Of a stretch of DNA of 64,000 nt, positions 10,601 to 23,770 are shown one piece after another. Made by a program: the position numbers and the translations under genes. The DNA is taken from assembly GCA_964304625.1 (NCBI GenBank), contig OZ199839.1, forward strand, positions 1,738,093 to 1,802,092, written 5' to 3'. The notes under the pieces were generated by a model. That model saw only the letters and a program-made list of their open reading frames with translations, was not told the DNA's origin and searched no databases. Positions within the stretch are counted from its first letter, which is position 1, and every line of letters begins with the position of its first letter. The stretch comes from Kudoa neothunni (taxonomy: Eukaryota > Animalia > Cnidaria).

Positions 10601-12650
10601 TATTATTAGTAGATAACTAATCTACTTATTTCTTTCAAGTGAGTCTATCTATAATTATTTGTCATTTTTCGTAGGTGTATTATCTTATATACAAATTCAA
10701 AATCAATCCACAACCAATATTATTATTATTGTTGATTATAATTATTATGATTATACAGATTAAATTTAGGATTAATGTAATTAATTTACGTATGAATTGT
10801 AATCAGGATCTTCACATTTACAAGAGCACAAATCTTGAGTGATCGTGAGATAATATTTTTTGTATCCGAATACCGAAATTGCGTAATCTATATAAATATA
10901 GAAAAGTTTTAAAAAATAATTTACCTTCTTTCAATGGTGTCTGTAACGGAGCACCGTTTAACATTTAATGAGATTGCAAAGTTATTTTTAGTATCCATTT
11001 TACATTTATAATATTTACCATTAAGTCTAAAAAATTTGTTCATAAAGCAGCAAGGTTTATGGAGATGATACACGCAATTGGTTGTTATATCCGAAAATTC
11101 AACAAAATTGTCAGATAATGGAAGAGTAACAATATATTCAGCCAATAATTTCTTAAAAAATAGATATTCCAATTTCTCTAAAGCAATATACTGTTTTCAA
11201 ATCTAATAATAATTGAGGAAGCGTTGGCCCTGTGACAACATAGCGGTATGCTGTCACTGGGAAAGGCATACATGACTTGTCTGGATAATACCTGAAGTGT
11301 ACATATAATAAGCAATTGAACACCAAACAACCTACGTTATAATATATTTTTAAATCTTCTAGCTGAGTCACCACGGTAAGGTAAGTTTGATATTTTTCCA
11401 AATAAAGTGCCAATGTTTTAAGATCTGTATGATACTAACAGAGTAGTATTGTACATATGCACGATAAAAACGCAATGATACGGCATTATTATGATTTATT
11501 ATGTTATTTGAATCACAAGTAAAGGTTTTAGGCTTAATCACTGCCGACAACTATATTAATCAGAGTAGATTTTAAAGGTTAATTTTCATCATTATACTAG
11601 ATTATTCTCAAACGCTTGAAGTGTGTTAGTTATAACGAGAATGTGTTTACGAATGTTATCTTGGTCGCTTCCGAAATGTTGCTTAAATAATCGTTAAAGA
11701 TTTGGAGAAACATCCATATCAATACTTGATTGCATATCATCGTTGATAGAACTGAATCATATATTTCACGATCAAAACTTGCTGTTTTCTCTCCATTTTC
11801 AAAAATAGATTTCCCTACAATATTATCACAGGAAGGTTATATTAAAATGAAAATACTGAGATGGTATGAGTGGCCATATATTCAAAAGTTGCAACAAATC
11901 CTTTTCTAATACATTAATTAAGTAAGAGAAAAATCAAAATTATTTAACTGTGAATTCTTGTATATCAAACCGATGTTAATAATTTCGAATACAAGGCTAA
12001 AACGCAAGTCTTGAACTTTTTATAAAAAATATATTTTTTATTTGTTAAAATGATATTTTTCATACTTTTATTTTTAATTTCTTGTGCAAGGTATGTTATG
12101 GCTACATTTACATAATTTGTAATATCAATAATGATAAAAAGTTTTGCTTTTTGGCCGTTGATTGGAGGAATCGCAAAAGCAGTCTCTATCTCTAATAACC
12201 GTAGAATTATTTTTATTTTCAAAAATCAATGATACTTGTATTAATGTCTGGGTTGTGTATAGTTGTTTCCAATTCTGCAATAAGCTTTGTTGGTTCAGCA
12301 CTCAGTAAGCTTCTATTCTATGAATAAGTACGCTTGATCGACACAATTGATTACATCAGAAGAAATTCTAGGCATGTGAACGTTCCTACAAGTTGCTAAG
12401 CTATCTCCATTACGAATACAGCTAACTCCTTCTTGGTACTCCCTTTAATATAGGTATATTCTAATAACTCTCAAAATCACTCACTACATCGGAACACCAG
12501 CTATCATTATTAGATACACATTCACGACATTGGGAATCGAACATTTGTTGATTGCCATGGGCTACTACTATTGTATGAAATATTCCAATATACAGACCAA
12601 CAAATACAATAATTGAGTCCAAATGTTACAACCAGTAAGCGAACAATCAT
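7646..12650 (-). CDS. Highly divergent integrin beta subunit (multi-exon)
   Basis: Exons read in integrin-beta domain order: signal MIVRLLVVTFGLNYLVAH; PSI CRECVSNNDSWCSD..C..C; betaI KLFIIIDITNY, DLRFSLVF, DREIYDSVLSTMICNQ, RKHILVITN, LSAVIKPKTFTC, QYYSVSII; hybrid end LTITQDLCSCKCE; I-EGF NSEDCSYSGTLVCGGCRCSSDRNGNTC; TM GIVLVLFVFLFLALITFVVFSGCII; short tail. Confidence 0.8.
8867..8895. repeat. (AT)n microsatellite in integrin intron
   Basis: Direct reading of the TATA run. Confidence 0.9.
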
Positions 12651-13639
12651 CTTAAAAATCCTACTTAATTCTTTATTAAGTGAGTATCAAATTTTATTAT
12701 AATCATAATCAGATGTTATATATTATTGAGTGGAAAATGAGGTACATAATCAATAATCGTTGTTTGAACATTATTACGAGTCCTGAATTGATAAATTGAT
12801 CTAAATTTTAGGCAATTAAGTAAATTGCACATTCTGTTAACATTAAAATACAATTATTTTATTTTTTGTTATTTTCCTACGAAAAAATAATTATCTTACC
12901 GATCATTTAATATACATCCAAAATATTGAGAAATAGTTAGATTCGTTTTTTATCAACTCAGATTTTCACGTTAAAAAGCGGTTATCTATGTATAAAAATC
13001 AAATAGTCAATTATAAACAATGATAGATACCAACACTTATGTAATATTTCAGCTCCACTTGCGTTGGATTTCCTTATCAACAGTTCACACTAATCATTAA
13101 CAATTCAAACCCACTCCTAATTTCCGAAAACTCAATATTCACATTCGATAATTTTATTTAAAAGGTAATCTAAATTCGGAAAATAAGGCGGAGTTCTACG
13201 TGTGGGGTAGCTGTTTTTAACCAATAGTATTCAGGTTTATACGGTTTTGAATAAGGTTAACTTTTCCTAACGCTTAAGAATGTAACAATAGAGCTGAATT
13301 GATCAACTACAGAAGATATAATAAAAACAATATCTGAAAAAGCGAATATAAATTGGCGTTGTTGGGTTTAAAAATGAAGATAGAGCAAACCCACCGTCAC
13401 TTAGGATCAACATTTATCGTAATAATTTTCCCTTGCTTTAAGGAAAAAACTTACTAACTAGCATCGTCAACTGCTCGCAACTAAGTTATTAACATATTAT
13501 ATTGTGACAAAAAATTTTTATTCTTCAAGAGGAATAAATTATTCGATTAAAACGTAGAGCAAAGGCCTCATTTTCCGATTAAGGATTATAATTAGTTCGT
13601 ACATTAATCCTACATATTTTAAATTAAATTAAACCTTAA

Positions 13640-15996
13640 CCCATTAAGGTTTTGGTCAATGAAAATTAACGAAATTTTAGAAACATAAACAAATTTATTT
13701 TTAACAATGTGAAAAAAACAATTTTACTTTAATATATCGTAATGAGCGTAAATAAAACACAAGGAAAACGGCTGGGTTGTTTTCGACCCAATAACCACCC
13801 CCAGGTTCGCGAGTGCGCCAAAATTAAAACAATATTTCATTAAGTTTAAAATAATGGTTTGAATTTGAATAACGAAAATGAATAAAATTGATTCTATTTT
13901 TTATGGAAAATGGATGAACATTTTAAATGTAGTCTTGAGCCAAATCTTTCACAATAATGGTAGGTTTTATTGTGGCATACAACACATCTTCTTCTTCTTT
14001 CTGGATCACTGATAAGGGAAACACCCAAACATGCATTCATTAAAATATTTAAAGCAATTAACGGTCTTTCTCTTATATTTTCATTAACACGCGGAGTTAT
14101 TAATTTGGAAACAATTATTCGTGTGTGTTGTAATAATATAAGTTTCGGATTTGAACTCTTTCGTATCAGTTTCCAAGAGTTGGTGACACACATAGATAAG
14201 AAGTTTGTGAATAATTTCCAATACCATTTCTTCCCCTTTATGGATATTCGGTAATTAGCTATTGCATTGTCAGCGAGTTCTACCCTACTCATATTCTTAT
14301 TGCATTTGCAAATAATTTTTGGTTGTGGCATTGAAATCATATTTTTTTTCTTTTTGAGAGTATCTCCTTACCGAAAGGGTAGGAAAACAAGATGAAAAAT
14401 TACTCATCAAAATGACGGGTTTAGTGTCGTTCAATTGGACCCAAACGATTCCATTATAGTCGTGAAAAGTTTCAAAAAATCCTCCATCGTTTTTTTTTAA
14501 ATGATTTTGTGGTTCAAGTGGACAGCTCGGTTTGCTCTAACGGTTCCGATCGCATTAATATTTATTCTCCTCAAAAGTGAGAAAAGTTTATGTGATGAAA
14601 AAAAGTTTTCGAAATAAACTTCAACACCTGATTTATCATTTATTTCGCTTATGAAATTCATAATCACACCTTCTCTCTAACCCGGAATATGTATTTAGTG
14701 TTTCCTTACAGCAATAGACTTTGAAACTATAAATATATCCCGCTCTATTCGCCATAATCCAAATTTTAAAGCCGAAACGAATTGGCTTTCCTTTAATGAA
14801 CATCTTCGATGAATGCATTCCATAATATGGAACCATCTGCTTGTCGACCGAAATTATTTTATCAAAAAACCCAAAAATCTTGAAATTTTTATTTAGTTTT
14901 TCGATCAATGGTCGTATTTTGAATAATTTATCAACCTTACCTATCATATCCTTATTAGAAAAATGTATATACTTTTTGATTTCTTTAAATTGTTTTAAGG
15001 TCATGGCGTTCTTCACTAAGCCTACCCCCAGAATCCTCTGCGGTTTCCCCATACATTTTTGACTCGGAAGTTTATAATAGCCTGAGAGAATTAATATTCC
15101 GATAAATGATTTTAGTTCGTTAATGGTTAGGTTGAATGAATGGTCATTGTTTTGTCTACCACACAGATTGCTCTGCTCCACAATGTGAAGCATGACGTTT
15201 TTGTAAAAAAACTGTTGGAAAATTTCGTATGATCCTACATATCATTTAAAACATAATTGTATATTGTATACCTTCGTATAAGTCATCAATATTAATTTTA
15301 GGTTGACTTTATCAGCCGGTTCATGATAATCCTAATCCGTCGGAATAGCAGTCTCCCAAAAAATGTTTTTTGATTTATAGCTTTCTTCATAATCCTTTTC
15401 TATATACTTATATAATTCGACATGACCAGAAATTTCTGGAATATCATGATTGCTTATTATGTTGTCACATATGGGAAAACAGTTGTCTTCCGTATCTGTA
15501 ACAACGTCGACACTTTCTGGTGGTAAGGCAATGATATCTGGAATTTCATCAAAATCATCATTTTCAATAGCATCACTTAAGTTGATATATTCATGAAATC
15601 CGACATCATTAATTTTAATCCGCACGTGCCGGAGTGTTTATTGGTTCGTTTTTGACCCAGTAAACAATGTGTTCATTATCATTCTAACGACGATAACAGT
15701 CAACTCATTAGGACTTAGAAACTTTTCCTAGTTATTCCCAATATGATAATAAGTTTGAAAAATAAATATTGTTGATTGAACAGAATTTATCGCATTATTA
15801 CTAATAATGGGTGAGTTCACGGCACTTAGAGCAATAATTAATAACTTAATTATTTTTAAAATATCACAGTGATACTTTTAAAAGGTTGAAATGTTAAAAA
15901 TTCATTTCTCTAAAATAGGGAGATATAAACATTATAACTTTGTAAGCAAAAGGGGATTACTGGTGGGTTGTTTTCGACCCAACAAACCTTAATGGG
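13640..15996 (-). mobile_element. piggyBac element (PGBD2/3-like clade), full length, transposase frameshifted
   Basis: Perfect 13-bp TIR CCCATTAAGGTTT/AAACCTTAATGGG with TTAA on both sides. ORF pieces 15332-15625, 14636-15193 (ISVDKQMVPYYG..FIKGKPIRFGFK) and 13894-14340 (KKWYWKLF, RRRCVVC). Confidence 0.92.
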
Positions 15997-16120
15997 TTAA
16001 TGGACCACATTGGGCTCCACGAACAAACCTAGGCTTAAATTGGTTAAATATTGTTTTTAGCAAGATTAACATTTAAGCTACACTGTATTGTAAGTCTAAT
16101 CAAAATAAGATACATTTTCA

Positions 16121-16393
16121 TTACGTTGAGTTACAACAAATAATGTTTTTTAAAGAATCTTCGGTACGGTCGCTATTATGACACTGGTAACAAACCTGTT
16201 TACTCCTGCGTACGACATTCGATGGACAAAGATAACATAAATTTCTTTTGTTTTCATCGTCATCACTTTTTTCGTAATGAATATCATAATCATATCCATC
16301 GATTTCCATCGAACGCTTTACAGTCGGCTGGAAAGAAATTTTAGGATTTTTAAACTTCCTATTCTGTTCATCCTTTATCAATGATATACCCAA
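16121..16393 (-). pseudogene. piggyBac C-terminal cysteine-rich domain remnant
   Basis: KRNLCYLCPSNVVRRSKQVCYQC..IICCN matches the piggyBac CRD spacing. Confidence 0.65.
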
Positions 16394-16582
16394 ATCTTCT
16401 TCATAGCTCTCATTTAACGCATTATTTTGGATAAAATTGTCTAGTTCGCTCGATGAAAACTTTCATAATCAGACCACATTTTGATTAACTTGAAAAAATG
16501 TGTTTGAAATTAAACAAACAAAGAATTACATTTATAATAAATGATTGCATTACATACTTAAAATTGATCCAAAATTAATTAA

Positions 16583-17090
16583 CCCTCGAAGGACTTTGGA
16601 GAATTTTTGACCCCAAACTATAATTAATTTACCCTGTATTATGTACGTAGTAATCAGAAATTCGTACAATTCTACATAATACCCTAGCATTCAATAATGA
16701 TCATTCTTTGAAAATCTTAAGCCGAGTTAATAAAAATTAGGTGAAGAAAAAAAATTATCCTCTAAGGACTATTGGGGGTTTGTGGTCAATTTGCTTTAAA
16801 AATAAATATAAACGTAGCTGTACAAGTGTTATTCATTTTAGTCACATAAATTTAGAAATATGTTGTGAACCTAATTAACCCTCCGAAGACTTTGGGATCA
16901 ATTTGACCCCAAAGTAAAATTAAAATCAATATACTCTTTGTGCACTTTTTAAATTTTCTCGATTTCTTATCTATTTTCCTAAATTTGTGTACAGTATACA
17001 ATGATAAAATTAGGGGAAAAATAACCACAACAATAATATGTAAAAAAATTTTACCTTCGGAGGACTTTTGGGGTCAAACTGACCCCAAGT
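16583..17090 (+). repeat. Stacked piggyBac terminal/subterminal repeats (4 direct copies)
   Basis: CC(C)T.....GACT..TGG...TGACCCCAA-like units at 16583, 16759, 16879 and 17054; the first and third follow TTAA. Confidence 0.75.
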
Positions 17091-18760
17091 TTTTATTTTA
17101 CGATATTATTATAAAAAAATTTTTAGAAGGGGAGACGTGTTTATTTTGAATTCTATCGACTCATTTTTCGGTAAAATAGTGATTAATATCACATTTAATC
17201 CGTGTTAGTACCTTACTAATAGTTTCGGATCCAGTTCGCAAATTATCGCACAAAAAATAACACTTCGCGTATAATATTCCAGTTAATAGATTGAAGACTA
17301 AATACTCCTCACGCAAAAAAAACGACTATATAAATTTTTAAAATTTTATTCGGAGTATCTAACTAATTTAATAATTCTTACATTTCTTTGATGAATGAAT
17401 TGAGCAATAGTATTTATTGCAACAGAAGCATTTGGTTTGATTTTTTTTATCGGTTCCTCGAGGACAATATTCACATCGACGTCTTTTTTCGGCGATTTGG
17501 AAAGTGTTAGTTGGGGCCCCTAAATGGGGTGATTTTGCTTTGACAATTTTCCCATTCTGTAAATTGCGATCTATGAGGGGTTGATAGAGAGCTTGTGCGA
17601 TTTCTTTTAAAAATATACGACGTCTTTTAAATTTGCAATTGAAAATTATTTTATGTAATGAGAACGCATTTATAAGTGACAAATCTATCATATTGAAAAA
17701 TACGATCATTGGCCACCTACGAGTGAATCGACGTGTCGAAACCGATGCCAACATACGATCGACAGTGTCGACCCCTCCTTTGGTTTTGTTGTAATATGTG
17801 ATAATTTCAGGTTTTTTTATGAGAATCATTCATAATTTTTACATTATTAGTTCCCGTAGACAAAATTATAACACTCTTATTCTTTTAATTCACATAAGAG
17901 GTGAGCATGTTCTTTTGGAAAAATACAAATGTGGTGCTGAAAAGACTTCTATTTTTAGACGAAAGAACACATGGAGGGAGCTCCCTCTTGTTGTGCTTCA
18001 CAGTTCCAAGATTTGTTAATCGTTTTTCCAACAGTTTAGACGCAAAGCAAATCGAGGAAAAAAAGTTGTCAGCAACGATATTCCTCCCAGAATTGAACAA
18101 AGGTTCCGACAGTGATAACACAATATTTTCTCCAACTCTTGTATTGCGTTGGTTTGAGTTATTATTTTTCCCGAGGTACGGTAAGATATTAATGATATAC
18201 TTTTCAACCGGGTCAACAGCTAGAAAAAATTTGATACCGTATTTTGCCGGTTTGAGAGGCATATATTGTTTGAAGGGACACCTCCCGCCAAACGCATTTA
18301 ACTGTTCATCGATTGTCACATCTTCATTCGGCGGAAAATACTTTGGAAGTTCCCTTGACCAAATTTCCCATAATTCTCTTATAGGACAAAACTTATCCAT
18401 TTGTTTCCTTTCCGCCCTTGTAGAATAATTGTCAAAATGGAGACATCTTGTGATTTGCTTAAAGCGTGTCTTCGAAAAAATATTTCGGTATATCTCCCTA
18501 CCTTCTGATAGACTAAATAATTCAGATAATGGCTCTTCACGATCCTTGTGTTGAGCTAATAGAATGAGGATCCCAAATAACCGTTCAATTCGAAAGAATC
18601 CATATCTATCCAGTCATCCTTCAAATAATGTTTCCCAAACGTATTTGTGCAATCGAGTATTTTTTTACAGATAGTTTCTGAAAAAAAATATGGAAAAACT
18701 GTCCAAAATATTGTGAATCCGTTGGTAACTGTTAGTATCGCGCGAGAATAGCAACTCAAT
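16879..18760 (-). mobile_element. piggyBac element, frameshifted and 5'-truncated, same clade as 3281-5767
   Basis: ORF pieces 18556-18759, 17885-18400 (TIDEQL, QYMPLKPAKYG, VADNFFSS) and 17368-17829 (KGGVDTVD, RRWPM, CRD). TTAA-CCCT end at 16879. Confidence 0.88.
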
Positions 18761-19059
18761 AGTTTAGCTGAATGGAAATAATAGAAAACGTATTATCAAT
18801 ATAGGAGTTTACTACTATCGTATTAATTATAATAACGATAATTATTTAATGTTTTTAGACGTCAATACGCCCAGCTGTTTGGGTGTGATCATACGGACTT
18901 TATCGTAATGGTGTCCTTTGGGGCCATAACAGACCATTCATCCAAAAAATAACCAATCGTCGTCTTTTTTAGCCATATGTTTAAATGTTGCAAAAATTGA
19001 TATGTTCCAAAGAGAATAAACGTTGAATTTTTTTATAAATTCGACGGTTTTAATCGAAA

Positions 19060-19220
19060 ATTACATGCTCTACGTAAAGCTGTTTATAGATATAATTTTT
19101 TAGAATCTGCTATATTTAATAATTTCTTCTCCATAAGAGCGTGGTCATGAACCAAAAATAGTTAAATATAGTCAAAACTAGTTCCATCTGAATATTATTT
19201 CCTGAGCCAATGGTCATTTT
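19060..19220 (-). repeat. Copy of MULE-derived MITE family (see 41172-41402)
   Basis: Revcomp ATTGGCTCAGGAAATAATATTCAG..GTTTTGACTATATTTAA..AAATTATTAAATATAGCAGATTCTA matches 41178-41290. Confidence 0.7.
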
Positions 19221-20600
19221 CAATTTTTATAGATGATTTGTTATTGTTTCCTCATATAATTAGATCATACTCATGCGATAGATCTCGAAAATCTCCTTTA
19301 AATTCAACATCTATTTTTAACTATAGTTATTAAAATCTATAATAGCTACTATAGATGCTTCATTTTTATCGTTTGTATTCTAGGTCTCAATTTCAGTTCT
19401 TACATTATTTCATCTTTTATTCGGCACAGATTGTCTTCGATAGGGTACTCAATCACTATTATTGCCACATATTCTATTTACAATTGAGTTGACTCACGAT
19501 AATTTTCAATTCACGAAATAAATTATAGTGGGAAATGATTAAATTTTGGAAAATAAAGAAAACTACAAACATTAAAAATATTCGTTATATCTGTGGAATA
19601 TTGCACGCTGAGGAGGGGATTTTAATCCGGCATAGAAATTAGGTACGCTATATTCATTTTCATACCATAACAAAAATTTTCTCTCTGTTTAATTTTCATA
19701 TAATATACTATCAATATCTTAAAATCTGAAATAGATTATATCATTCAGAATTAGAAATAATGATACAGTTGTGCAAGGATATTGAAATCTTTTTTAAGAC
19801 AAAGACTTCAATGCCCCATATGCATGCACTCCCATTTTCCCCACGAAAAAAAGTATTCCTTACTTTTATAATTATTTTTATCATAACGTTTTATTCTTAT
19901 CTCGCGATTTATAATTATATGTAATTTATATATTTTAAATTTTCGGCATTATTTCTAAAATTAAGCAATAACCATGCTATTTAATAACACCGCGCGACTA
20001 TAGAAAGAAACATTAATTTCTGCCATACTCATGAACATAGCGAAACTTATGAATAGTAATAAACAAAATAGACTTATATGTATCTAATGGACCACTCTAC
20101 TTGAAATTCTATACGAAGTAATATTCAAGGTAGAAAATAAATATTATACCCGAGGCATATTTTATAGTTTAAACATTAAATTATGGTTTTTATGCAAATC
20201 TTATAACCACTTAAGAATACTTTTAGAACCGCTAAGAAATCAATACGGTACTTTCAGTGTAATATTTAAAATGACGGAATTCGTGTCTTTTCAGTATAAA
20301 TTAGGACTGAAAAGGTTAACTGATCTGAGTATCATTTTTAAATATTTCAAATTTTAAGAGTCTGTTATAGTTACCAGAGAATATTATATATTTATATATG
20401 TAATTAATTAGAATAAATTAAACCGAACCATATAAACGAGAAAAAGCATTCGCTATCCGCAATATTATTTTATTATTATTGTTGGATGAAAATAAAGGAT
20501 AGAATATTTTATAACGAATTAGTAAAAAATATTTAAGCTACTATAAAATCATTCGATTTAATTTTGGTATCTTGAGATGAGTATCTATTTCACGAGTGTA

Positions 20601-23600
20601 TCAGCGCAATAACATTTTCGGTGGGTCCATCAATGTTAGTAGTACCTCGAAGGGTGTTGGAAACATACTCTAAATTTATAAATGGTTAAAGTATGGGTGA
20701 TAAGTTCTGGCAAAAATATAACCTTTAATGTTCTCACTAGATATAAAGATTTTCTTCTAATGTCAACCTCGGAGTACTGGGCCAAGCTATTGATAGCAAA
20801 ATTTAGAACGATTGGTAATAATGAGCTTTCTCCTATTTCTCTTTTCGGAACAAAATTCAAAATATCATCCAAAACTAGAAGCAAATATTTAATGACAACG
20901 TTTGACTTGGTTGATTTCAAGTAATTGACGAGTGCATCAAACATTGGGACGATCGCGTCAATGGCCCTTCCTTTATATACTTGAAGTATCAATTGAATAC
21001 ACTCTTGAAGTTTATTTAAAGCCATAAGTATAAGAAAAAATGTTCTATCGCTATGAACTTCACTCTGAGTTAACCCATCACTTCTATGAAGGGTATTGAC
21101 AATCACAGCTCTGATGATACCTCCCAAGTATTGAGCATCAACCGAACTCAACGCATCATCGAAATTGTCAATAGTAATACATTTTGTAAACACTGAAATT
21201 ATCTCGTATATCCTCTCGTCAGTGCAATTCTTTATTTTATGTAGAATGGCGTATTTGAGACGATAATCCCACAGATTGTGTAACTTTTTTACATCCCCAT
21301 GCCGAACTTCAATACTCATCAGCTGATATATATTATTGGTGATATTGGTAAAAAGCAATTCATTTTTCACATTTTTCAAAATTCTGCAAAGCTCATACAG
21401 ACATATTTGTGTATATTGAGAGAATATTTTGTTATAGTTTTGGGCCAACATACACACCAAGTCACACACTTCTTTGATTCCGCCATCGGGCTGTCGTATC
21501 AAACAAATGTTGCATTCGAATGGGGAAAAAATTTTCGAGTTTTCTAGTTCATTTTTAGTTTTTGTGGAGTAGAGTTTATTCAAAGCTAACAAATGTTTTG
21601 TTACAGTAGAACCAATTTTTGATAGCACCGACGGTGGGAGAATGTTTTCTGATTTATGCTCCGCAAGACGAAAAAAAATTGAAAAAAAGCACGGCCTAAT
21701 TTCCAATCGATCAATTTGAACCAAATCAGGTGGTAATTGGAAATTTTCTATGTATTTCAATATTAGTGGAGCAAACGTTTGCATATAATCAGTCGAATAA
21801 TGAGAAATTATTTCGTTGACACAACTTATGATACTATGAGCTGATTCATAAGGATTCGGAGTGTTGAATAGTCTAATCATAATAATAAGCAGGTTTTTTA
21901 TTATTCCAGTAACATATTGATCAAGGTTAGTATCCCTTAATCTGCAAATGCATTGAATATGCTCACATAATGAATTGGCAAACGATTTCACAAACGCAAT
22001 ATTACTACTTTTAGCGATGTCTTCAAGGAGAGAAGTAAACAACTCGATTATATTTTTCAGAGATATTTGATGGCCTTTGTATTTGTATCTAGAAATAATG
22101 GCGTCAACAGCAGAAATAGCTCTCAGTTTAACGTAGACGGAATTGTGTGACTCGGCAGTTAACACGATTGATGATAAAATATCTATGTGCAAATCGGCAA
22201 AGTTTCTATGTTTGAAGTGGCAGCATAATTTTTTAGATGTTTCAATTGCGGAACACACAATTTTTGTATTTTCGTTATCAAAATAGTAGCTGACAGTCTT
22301 GAATATTTCTTTGGGATCAACTGTCCCTTTACATCCATAGGTTGGAGCAATCAACCCCAATGATACTATAGCAATATCAATTTGTTTCCAATCGGACGAC
22401 TTTAACAAATTATACAATTTGTTATAAGTCAACAAATAAGCTGCTTTGTTTCCAACCCAAAGACAAATATCTTCAAGACAATGTTGAGCAATAATTATAT
22501 CTTTCGAATTATTTTCAAATGATTCCTTATTAGTAAACCATTCTTCTGGATTATTTAGGTATAATTGCCGCTGAAAAGTCAAAATATTCTCGCAAATAAT
22601 GGACACACCATTGAAACATTTTCTTAGTATTTCTGTAGGAAAATATGATATGTATTCTTTAAACCAGAGAAAAAGTTTTAAAACTATAGATCTCTCGGTT
22701 TTGTTATTCGTAGAGAGTTGAATTATTGTTTGAACAATTATTTTAGATTGAAATTTAAATATTTCATTCCAGTTTTCCAAAGCTATTTCAAGGCTAGTGA
22801 TAAAAGCCAACCCTTCATCAGTGAGTACCAATGCCCTCAAGGCGTTTAGAATTAGAGACACCAGGGTGGAAAAGATTTTTATTGCATAGCTCGAGTAATA
22901 CTTTGAGAATAGACCATTCAAAACGTTTACTCCTAGAGTAGCTACCTATATATAAATATATTATTATACATATTAGTATATTTATTTAATCTTGATAAAG
23001 TATTAAGAATTTTATTGTTTAACAAAAAATTGTATAATTTAGCATATTTGTTGGAAATTTTTTAAACCTTAGGTTTCGTCGATACTTCCTTGAGACACTT
23101 GATCAAAAAAAGCCTGTATTGTAATAGTTGTGTCGGGATCTCTTCTCCGAATATTTTATGGTTTTCTCTAATTGAAAAATTATATTGAATATCTAAAATG
23201 TAAATATATTACGCTAGAATGATAATAACCATATCTATTAGGTTAGTTTGTTGAGACGACACACATTCAGTAGCGAATTCAAAAATCATTTCGTATTTAT
23301 TGATTTTATCTTTGTTTATAATTTCGATAAGACTAAGACACAGCGTGAGCAAATCCTTGCGATGCGGGTCATTTTGTTCAGCAACTAACAATTTAGTTAT
23401 CGAGGGCATTAATTCGACGATAAATGTATTGGGAATAGTGTTTGATGCATGTCTGATAGAAAATATTGTTTTGAGATTTGATGTAGCTTTTAATATCAAC
23501 TAATATAAGTTATAATTGAAAATTCAGTGTTGCTCCGATACCTCGTATGTTTTCCCTGAGCTCAATACACTAAGAAACAACAGAACTTCTTCTTCAATTT

Positions 23601-23770
23601 GAATGGAATGTATTGTTATCTTAGGATTAGAAAATTAAAAAATACTAAGTTCTGAAGAAATATACATTGGCTGGATTGCTCTTAATTTGTTCGCCTGTTT
23701 GTATATGACTCAAGATTGAGCAAACATTTTCCAATTCTAACCTCCGTGAAACTCTTTTTTCCGGACCCAT
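20601..23770 (-). CDS. Importin-beta family karyopherin (importin-4/5-like HEAT-repeat protein), multi-exon
   Basis: 761-aa helical ORF with AQHCLEDICLWVG and LLKSSDWKQIDIAIVSLGLIA, resembling importin-5 ALDRMACGLG and LQNPDWKYRHAGLMALSAI. Upstream exons run to ATG 23770. The 3' end is uncertain (20636 if unspliced). Confidence 0.65.

Noticed and set aside
8900-10780. Hidden gene or TE in the long integrin intron
   Set aside because: No ORF, TIR pair or TSD could be supported by eye.
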